Below, one piece after another: positions 56,929-64,000 of a stretch of 64,000 nucleotides of DNA; the first letter of the stretch is position 1; each line of letters begins with the position of its first letter. The stretch covers positions 2,982 to 66,981 of the forward strand of contig DASYRH010000030.1 of the NCBI GenBank assembly GCA_036004585.1. The letters are read 5' to 3'. The notes under the pieces were generated by a model, which was given only the letters and a program-made list of their open reading frames with translations, was not told the DNA's origin and did no database searches. This DNA comes from Nitrososphaera sp. (GTDB lineage Archaea > Thermoproteota > Nitrososphaeria > Nitrososphaerales > Nitrososphaeraceae). A program made the translations under genes and the position numbers.

Positions 56929-58071
56929 CTAGCGCTTGTAATGGGTCCAGCTAACTTTTCTTTTTCTATGCTCAACTTCTGTCGCGACAGGCTTTCTCAT
57001 TATGAACAGATATTTGAAGCCCCGCAGGTAGAAGTTAAATCGCAAAGCGCGATTGTGCCAGATCCCGGTGTTTGACGCCTGGCTTCTCCTTACGACAGAG
57101 ATAATGTCGACAGTCTCAAATCGCGTAGATAGCTGGTCGTAGATGCGAAAACCTACAGGCGTGAACTTCTTTTTGACCCACTGATCGCCTATGAGCCATC
57201 CTATGACCTTGCCTGGCCTTAAGACGCGATGACACTCCTCGATCACTTTATCAAGTGCTTGATAGAATTCTTCAGACTCTGCGGAAAGCTTGCCTATGTT
57301 GTCAGGTTGATTGTTGTAATCAATATTGTCACCATATGGTGAATCGATAAAAATCATGTCAATGGTGTTGTCATCAAGGGGCAACCTGCGCGCGTCATTT
57401 CGCTTGATGTCAGCGCGTGTAGGCGATACGTCAAAAGCAATCACCTTTCTTCCCTCCTCATTGCACACGTCTATTGTGGTGCCGCTTCCAGCCATAGGGT
57501 CAAGAACAGTGTCTCCCGGGTCGGTATATCGCCAGACCATGTTGTATATGACAAAGGCAGGCGTGACACCAGCATACTTGTTGCTTCCCTTTGGCGTCTT
57601 GCCGTAGCTCTGTCGAGGGAAATCCCAGAGCGTGGTGGATGCAAGCTTTGGCTTTTCGATTTCACTATGCTTCTTGACATGAGCAAGCAAACTATCGTCG
57701 CGATTCTCAAGATACTTTGATAGTGCCAGAGCTATCTCTGAATCGAGTGGATCATGCCAGCTTGGCCCCAATGTAGAAATGATCTTTTTCGCGCCATTGA
57801 CCGAAACGACCTTGCCATTTCTCTGAACCCGCACTTGGTAGGGATACTTGCCTTTCCAGGCATCAGGGACCAAGTCTTTTCTACCATCCGTTTTTGCCTT
57901 AAATGTGCCATAGAGGGTGTCGGTGTCAATGTTGAGAAGGAATAGCACATCACCTTTCTTTATCTTCAAAACATTTTCGCCGTAGAGTTTGTTCGTTGCA
58001 AATAGCAGGCGGTCAAAGCACTCTTGTTCGCTCTTGGAGGTGCAAGCAAGGATGAATCCGCGCTCTGCCAT
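56929..58071 (-). CDS. DCD domain + amino-(N4C/N6A) DNA methyltransferase fusion
   Basis: N-terminal GFILAC...QECFDRLLF...LFLLN...LYGTFKA...PDAW...YPYQVRV (DCD-like); MTase motif I DPMAGSGTT and motif IV IDSPY. Confidence 0.8.
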   Translation of the reverse strand: MAERGFILACTSKSEQECFDRLLFATNKLYGENVLKIKKGDVLFLLNIDTDTLYGTFKAKTDGRKDLVPDAWKGKYPYQVRVQRNGKVVSVNGAKKIISTLGPSWHDPLDSEIALALSKYLENRDDSLLAHVKKHSEIEKPKLASTTLWDFPRQSYGKTPKGSNKYAGVTPAFVIYNMVWRYTDPGDTVLDPMAGSGTTIDVCNEEGRKVIAFDVSPTRADIKRNDARRLPLDDNTIDMIFIDSPYGDNIDYNNQPDNIGKLSAESEEFYQALDKVIEECHRVLRPGKVIGWLIGDQWVKKKFTPVGFRIYDQLSTRFETVDIISVVRRSQASNTGIWHNRALRFNFYLRGFKYLFIMRKPVATEVEHRKRKVSWTHYKR

Positions 58072-58153
58072 TTGCAGCAGTGATTTCGGCTTGCAGATTT
58101 ATTGATATCGGATTAGGAATAAGCTTTTACGCCAGATAATGCACTATTTTGCC

Positions 58154-58333
58154 ATGACCCTTTGTTACATCTGCAATATACGAACAGCCACAATGAACTG
58201 TTCTGAGTGCAACAGGCCTGTATGCAAAAAGGACACAAAGGATTTTCCATTTTCAAAGAGCGCGTGCTTGGAATGCGCGGCGACTATCAAGACAGGCCTT
58301 GGCGGGACCAGGAAGGACGAAGAGATCTTTTAG
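58154..58333 (+). CDS. small zinc-finger protein
   Basis: CYIC...CSECNRPVC...CLEC in 59 aa. Confidence 0.6.
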   Translation: MTLCYICNIRTATMNCSECNRPVCKKDTKDFPFSKSACLECAATIKTGLGGTRKDEEIF

Positions 58334-58624
58334 AGGGTCGGATGGTCTACAAGATATTTCCTGTTAGGAATTACGGCACCGTAATGAACTGGCGGCTCTA
58401 GGTTAAGAAGACAAGATTTCGAGAGCCTCATATTCTGTGAAATCGGATGCGGCAAAGAAGCTATGTTGAAATCAACATTTCATTTTTCTGAGAACATCGA
58501 AATCAAGCACGATAAAATAGTGCGAATGCTCTCTCTTCAGCAAATACTGCCGTCAGATCATGCCGACCCGTGCGAAAGAGAGCGAACGAAATTGTTAAAT
58601 AAATCCTATAGATAATACTAGAAG

Positions 58625-60349
58625 ATGCCTCCTGCTGCGACTATCCATGACAAGCTTAATAACATCGACCGGAATTACGAGCTGGATACAGAAGAATTCA
58701 CTTTTACATTTAAAGGTAGTATGAGATCGGTAACCGACACAATTCTCGATCTTCTCACTCTTTCCTGGCCTGATCCAGGTCAGGTCATTGACGAGGTAAG
58801 AGCGGACAAGAGACTCGTCCTCACGGGAAAAAACACGCGGAGGGGCTTTGGCCGAATCCACATAAGCGAAGTCGAACCATACAAGTCGGATGCTGCCACG
58901 GTCGAAGGCATATTGGGTGGCATGAAGAGTAATCATCGGATCGCTGATTTTGCCCGGGCTCTGGTAGCGGAGGACGCCATGGAGTTTGAAGATTACGACG
59001 GGCAAAAACATTACATGAAGACATACTATTTGCCCGGTACATTCACATTGCGGCTGACTAAGGAATACTTGGAAGCCGCTGATCCCCAATTATTCATCGC
59101 CGATCAGGAAACCAGATTTCTCGCCAATCATGGGTTGGGACCTGCAATATTCAAACATTCTATGCCAGGATTGATGGTATTGGCTCTTCCTCAGGGAAAG
59201 ACTGGTCTGGAGGGTTTGGTCGAAACTATCAACATGTTTAACGCGATGGATGAAGTAAGATTTGCTACACTTACGCGGGTAGGGGTAAACGAGCAAAGAG
59301 TATACCCGTCAGAAACTCAGTACTCTAATGACTATTCAGCGATGAAGGCATGTAAAGTAGTTCTGACAAGCGGATATGACGCGTGGAATCATGCCTCTTT
59401 GGGAGGCGTCCCAGGAATTTCACAGGTAAAGGTCGTTGTAATCGACACCGGCGTTTGGAATACGCACACTGACTTGGGTACTACTGAGGGTGGAACTCTT
59501 GCCCTTGAAAATCGAGGAACAAAAGACTGGGATTTTGCAAATGATGGTGACGGTGTGCCGCTTGACGAGTCTGCAGATAGTCACGGCACAGCCATATGCG
59601 GTGTGATCGGTGCCCAATCTCAAGGATGGGGAGCTGTCGGTGTCGCACCCAAGTGCAAGATCATACCGCTTCGAGTGGATATGGCGGTGGACGACATGGG
59701 CACCTATGTCGAGCGAGCCGATGCAATTCATTATATCACCAGCAATGTATCTTTCACAGACAAGTGGGGCAAGACTCGCGGAATTGGACAAGCTAGGCTG
59801 GCGGCAAATGCCGGTTACAGATATATCATCAACCTGAGCTGGCAAATGACGGGACCGAGTCCTGATATTCAAGATGCCATAGCCGACGCAGCAGGGGCTG
59901 GGAATGACGGTGTGCTTGTTATCGCCTCCGCGGGAAATAATCCATCTGGTGGAGCGGGTGTCGATATTACCCAATCACCAGTGTATCCCGCATGCTATGC
60001 CAATGTTATTCCGGTGGGATCCGTGGATACCGGAGGGCTCAAACCATTTACTTGCAACTTTGGAAATACGGTGTTATTTGCTCCTGAAGCCCACTTCACT
60101 ACTTTGAAAAACGATGAAACCTTATCGGTTGCTGGAAGTTCGATATCGACAGCATTTGTTTCAGGAGTGGCGGCGCTGACCTGGTCAGCTAACTATAAGA
60201 AAAACGCCAATACATTCACCAAGGATTCGTTAGACATTAGGGGTATTCTGATACTTGAAGGTAACACCACCCCAGCACTTCCTTCTAACCTCACCCTTGC
60301 TCAAAAGATCGGGCGAGTAGATGCTTACAAGTGCGTTGCAGGCGCCTAG
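58625..60349 (+). CDS. S8 (subtilisin-like) serine protease with long N-terminal region
   Basis: Triad VIDTG, SHGTAICG and GSSISTAFVSG, oxyanion SAGN; no obvious signal peptide. Confidence 0.88.
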   Translation: MPPAATIHDKLNNIDRNYELDTEEFTFTFKGSMRSVTDTILDLLTLSWPDPGQVIDEVRADKRLVLTGKNTRRGFGRIHISEVEPYKSDAATVEGILGGMKSNHRIADFARALVAEDAMEFEDYDGQKHYMKTYYLPGTFTLRLTKEYLEAADPQLFIADQETRFLANHGLGPAIFKHSMPGLMVLALPQGKTGLEGLVETINMFNAMDEVRFATLTRVGVNEQRVYPSETQYSNDYSAMKACKVVLTSGYDAWNHASLGGVPGISQVKVVVIDTGVWNTHTDLGTTEGGTLALENRGTKDWDFANDGDGVPLDESADSHGTAICGVIGAQSQGWGAVGVAPKCKIIPLRVDMAVDDMGTYVERADAIHYITSNVSFTDKWGKTRGIGQARLAANAGYRYIINLSWQMTGPSPDIQDAIADAAGAGNDGVLVIASAGNNPSGGAGVDITQSPVYPACYANVIPVGSVDTGGLKPFTCNFGNTVLFAPEAHFTTLKNDETLSVAGSSISTAFVSGVAALTWSANYKKNANTFTKDSLDIRGILILEGNTTPALPSNLTLAQKIGRVDAYKCVAGA

Positions 60350-60443
60350 ATCATACACGGTGTAATTCATGGCAGAATTTGTGCCTAGACTTGGCAATTC
60401 TTGAGATATTTTATATAAAACCCATAGCCATATTAGCTCCCTA

Positions 60444-63155
60444 ATGAAGTACTCCTCCAGAGCGCTACTGATGTTGTTCTTAATGGCGCTCTCTGCTGTA
60501 AATACACCACATGCTTTCGCATCACATTCCGTCTCAGCAGATCCTCCTGGTGGAGTATTCAACTCGACCCCGTTTGTAACCCTGACGAGCAGCGAGAATT
60601 CCACAATTTATTACACTGTCGATGGCTCAGAACCAAGTAACTCAAGTTCAGTTTATACCACGCCCATTGAAATCGCGGTCGACACCGACCTCAACTTCTT
60701 TGCACAGGCAACTTCTGACAACCATACGACCGGAGTCGTAACTGAAAGCTACACAATCGATGTCATCCCGCCAGTTGTGATTTCGACCAATCCTGCAGAT
60801 GGAGAATTGGCTGACATATCTGCAGTGATCAATGTGACGTTTAGTAGGCAAATGAATGAGTCTTCAATCAATTTCGACACATTCAAAGTTGAGAACACGG
60901 AAGGCCTTCAGTATTTCGGATTCACCACATACGACCCTGCAGCTAACACCACCACCTTCTTTCCAGATTTTCTTGATGAGTCTTTCGTTTATGTTGTGAC
61001 CCTAACGAGTGATATCAAAGATGCTGAGGGAAACAACTTGCAAGAAGATTATGTATTTACTTTTACCACTGGACCGGATATGGATATAAAGCTCTTTGAA
61101 CACAAGCCGGACGGCACCGTCAGCCTTTTAGGCGGCGGAACATTTACAATTACACCCGATCCGTTCACTCAAATTGGATCGTTGACGGTTGAAGACAATC
61201 AATTTCCTGATTCATCTCCAAATGATGGCGACATATTTCTCAATAATATCGAGTTCGGAAGCTATGTCGTTTCACAGACAGGAGCACCTTCGGGTTTCGG
61301 AAATATTTTTGACAATTTAACACTCACTGCCCATGAAACACAGCTCAATCCTAGCGCTGAGTTTAGAAATAGGAACGTTTCGATTCCTATCACCGACTTT
61401 AGTTCTGCAATTTTCTCGGTCGTACCTCCTCCTGATCTTACAAGCGATCAGTTCGATCTCTATAGCCAGCATGCTCAAGTGGGTGTATTCCTTGGATTTG
61501 AAGGAGGGTTCTTTGACGCCGATACAGTCGACGCCGTCGGTCCGCATGAGATTCCTGCAGGTACTCTTGAAACCCTTACGACTCTTAATAGTCCTGAGGA
61601 TACTCTGAGATCCGTTCGTTTTGACATAAGTGCCCCGCCGGGGACTGTGGCAGAGGATCTCTTCAACTCATTTTTGATTCCAAGATACCCAGACATCGAT
61701 CCAAGCCTTAACAATGTTACATTTTACTTTGTGCCTGCGTACGTGATACCATATGGCGACACTGGCAATAATTTCATGCTTACTCCTTCAATCGGGCATA
61801 TACGACCGGGGATGACGCTCGTGCTGGAACAGCCTTCCTACATAGAATCCGCGGAAGCCAAAATCGAGCGCGTAAACATGACCTTAGCCTCCACAGGAAA
61901 CGATGTTGGGTTCAGCTTTGCAGTGACAAATGAGCGTCCCCCTGGAACACCAGAGCCGGAACTGGATGTGAAAGCCCTTTTTCTTGAGATTGACTTTGTG
62001 GGAAACGTTGACTTTTCAGATCCTGCTGCATTTGAATCCTCTCCGATAATAGACATACTTGTGAATAAGACGCTTGCAGGATTCGACGAACTCCCAGATG
62101 GTTGTGTTGATTTTAGGCTACTCTTATTCAATGAAGGAACAGGCGAGTGGGATGAGATAAGCCAGCTCCGCGATCCTACTCGAGATACTGAGATTCAATG
62201 CGGATTCACGTTATCCCCAGAACATTTCTCCAAGTTCGCTGTTGGCGGGGTAAAAGGACAAACCATATCGACAGAGAGTGATACAGATAGAAATCGCGGT
62301 GGCGGAGGAGGCGGGGGTTCACGCTCAACCGCAGTCACATCCACAATTGCGGGAGATGACATCGAAACTACAGTCAACACGCAATCAGGAGATGTCCTGG
62401 TGCGTTTCGAGAGTGTCATAGATGGAGGCGGACAGCTAAAGATTAACTCTAATGAATTATCAGCCTTTGAGGAGTTCTTTGATGAAGTCGCATTTCTCTC
62501 CCAGGACAATGACGAGCACGGAATGGTACGTATCAATGGTGTAAACTATGCAACCACAGGTGATGTCTTTGATATCGATGCATCGTCTGTGAAATTTGAT
62601 GGTACAGTATATGTCACCATCCCATACGATGAAGGCGCTGTCACCGCATTCGGCGCGGAAAGTGACGTCCGATTCCTTCATTACAATAAAGACTTGGGCA
62701 TCTGGGAAGACAAAACAGCTAGCGTAGACGAGGATGCAAATACTGTGACTGGCGAACTCGACTCACTTTCTCCAGTTACCTCGGCGATCAATCTCGGCGG
62801 CAATCCACAGATTAGAAATGACAACCCCGAAGATAATATGATGTTGCGAGTAATGACAACCCGGCCCTCCTTTTCGCTTGCTGATGCGGGCACGGTAACA
62901 CTAACCATTGACCTAAACAATGAACGATCGGTTGAACAAGAATACGTTCTCCTGGTGCAGTTTGTCGATCAGAACAATGTTGCTCAATACATTGACTGGC
63001 GGCATGGATCGCTGGCGGGTACCTCAAATGTAGAAGTCTCCATCAGCTGGGATGACATGGAAAAAGGCCAATATCGAGCTCAGGTGCTCGTGCTCACTGA
63101 TCTAGACAGTCCGTATCTACTTTCAGAACCCGTATACTCTGATCTTTCCATTTAG
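60444..63155 (+). CDS. large secreted acidic multi-Ig-domain surface protein
   Basis: Signal peptide, TIYYTVDGSEP Fn3-like domain, PPVVISTNP...VTFS Ig domain, HFSKFAVG and a Gly-rich linker. Confidence 0.8.
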   Translation: MKYSSRALLMLFLMALSAVNTPHAFASHSVSADPPGGVFNSTPFVTLTSSENSTIYYTVDGSEPSNSSSVYTTPIEIAVDTDLNFFAQATSDNHTTGVVTESYTIDVIPPVVISTNPADGELADISAVINVTFSRQMNESSINFDTFKVENTEGLQYFGFTTYDPAANTTTFFPDFLDESFVYVVTLTSDIKDAEGNNLQEDYVFTFTTGPDMDIKLFEHKPDGTVSLLGGGTFTITPDPFTQIGSLTVEDNQFPDSSPNDGDIFLNNIEFGSYVVSQTGAPSGFGNIFDNLTLTAHETQLNPSAEFRNRNVSIPITDFSSAIFSVVPPPDLTSDQFDLYSQHAQVGVFLGFEGGFFDADTVDAVGPHEIPAGTLETLTTLNSPEDTLRSVRFDISAPPGTVAEDLFNSFLIPRYPDIDPSLNNVTFYFVPAYVIPYGDTGNNFMLTPSIGHIRPGMTLVLEQPSYIESAEAKIERVNMTLASTGNDVGFSFAVTNERPPGTPEPELDVKALFLEIDFVGNVDFSDPAAFESSPIIDILVNKTLAGFDELPDGCVDFRLLLFNEGTGEWDEISQLRDPTRDTEIQCGFTLSPEHFSKFAVGGVKGQTISTESDTDRNRGGGGGGGSRSTAVTSTIAGDDIETTVNTQSGDVLVRFESVIDGGGQLKINSNELSAFEEFFDEVAFLSQDNDEHGMVRINGVNYATTGDVFDIDASSVKFDGTVYVTIPYDEGAVTAFGAESDVRFLHYNKDLGIWEDKTASVDEDANTVTGELDSLSPVTSAINLGGNPQIRNDNPEDNMMLRVMTTRPSFSLADAGTVTLTIDLNNERSVEQEYVLLVQFVDQNNVAQYIDWRHGSLAGTSNVEVSISWDDMEKGQYRAQVLVLTDLDSPYLLSEPVYSDLSI

Positions 63156-63160
63156 ACTTT

Positions 63161-64000
63161 TTACCATTCGAACCTAAATGACTGCTGCTGCGAACAATTC
63201 AGTACTGACCATTCTGCGACGTACCTGTTTCTCCCCCGCGCCCGGACCATCGGCTGGACGGGGAATCTTTCTTTGGAATCATCTTCAGAGTTGACCTCAT
63301 AGACAGTCGGTGTCTTCACCTTACCCCCTTCCGGGTAGTCCAGCTTTACCACAAACTTGCCGCACTTCACCAGGAAAAGATTTTCAAAACTGCGATCTGG
63401 CTCTTGCACGTCATATTCAAGGGTGTACCGCCTCTTGTCTCCAAAGCCAAGGGGTTTGGTGAATGTCGTGGCAAATTTCTTGCTCGTAGGCTTGTCAACC
63501 GTCACTTCACTTATTACCAAGTCGGAGCCGGTATCATCATAGACTCTGATATTCAGGTCATTCCACGTCACAGGCACGTCGGTGGCAATTTGGTGCATCA
63601 CCGTCCTTACAGGCTCTTCAGTGCCGTTCTCGATCTCGTTGATGCGTTCATAGTGTACGAGCATGGACTCTGGATCTTTGATTGTGATGTTTACCTGTAT
63701 TGAAGGGTAAAGCAGTACTGGGCTGCTAGGATCCATTTTGGCAGGCCATTTCTCACTCCCAAAGATCCTCTTCCCCGAATTCAAGTAAGCAGAATAAACG
63801 ACTTTCTTTAGGTTATGCTTGAAGACATGCTGGCCGAGCTCGTGGAGGCATTCCCTATATTGTCTGGAGAGGGGCAACAGCATCCTCGCTACATCCTCGC
63901 TGAGGAGAATGTGATCCGACCCTCCTAGGTCCATGACCCTCCTTGCAATAATTATCCCGGGACCCCAGATATTGCTATTGCCCTTCATGTCTTTGATAAC
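63161..64000 (-). CDS. class III nucleotide cyclase-like protein, 5' truncated by window edge
   Basis: Frame is open to base 64000; GNSNIWGPGIIIARRVMDLG..HILLS is the C-terminal cyclase motif, followed by a beta-rich domain. Confidence 0.7.
   Translation of the reverse strand, partial: VIKDMKGNSNIWGPGIIIARRVMDLGGSDHILLSEDVARMLLPLSRQYRECLHELGQHVFKHNLKKVVYSAYLNSGKRIFGSEKWPAKMDPSSPVLLYPSIQVNITIKDPESMLVHYERINEIENGTEEPVRTVMHQIATDVPVTWNDLNIRVYDDTGSDLVISEVTVDKPTSKKFATTFTKPLGFGDKRRYTLEYDVQEPDRSFENLFLVKCGKFVVKLDYPEGGKVKTPTVYEVNSEDDSKERFPVQPMVRARGRNRYVAEWSVLNCSQQQSFRFEW

Overview
Archaeal chromosomal segment (about 49% GC). Gene content (PolD, TFE, GGGP synthase, CdvB/ESCRT-III, PEFG-CTERM, TackOD1, TiaS) points to Nitrososphaerales (Thaumarchaeota). 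The window contains the probable chromosomal replication origin: two canonical ORB boxes beside orc1/cdc6, within a DP1-cdc6-oriC-GGGPS-DP2 cluster. Flanking the origin are three uncharacterised putative DNA-binding genes, one of them a membrane-anchored coiled-coil/winged-helix protein. Two different dense short-motif arrays lie here: GTTAAC/GTTAAG in the origin, and 28 GTGAY/RTCAC half-sites embedded in the neighbouring coding sequences. Together these suggest an undescribed origin-binding or membrane-tethering module. Other notable items: an orphan T6SS Hcp-family gene with an N-terminal signal/anchor; an initiator tRNA-Met with two non-canonical introns; an ArsR-ATP-cone-degenerate NrdD fusion; an arsM-arsC-aquaporin cluster opposite a Cys-rich HxlR regulator; a sixA-ppx-tmk-like-tmk-like-CHAD polyphosphate operon next to a full pst/phoU locus; a DCD-methyltransferase fusion; an orphan AIPR gene; and secreted Ig-repeat proteins. 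Several small genes below the ORF-track cutoff (zinc-finger proteins, a tautomerase) were read by hand. No CRISPR array, rRNA or transposase was seen. All family calls come from recognising motifs by eye; no database search was run.
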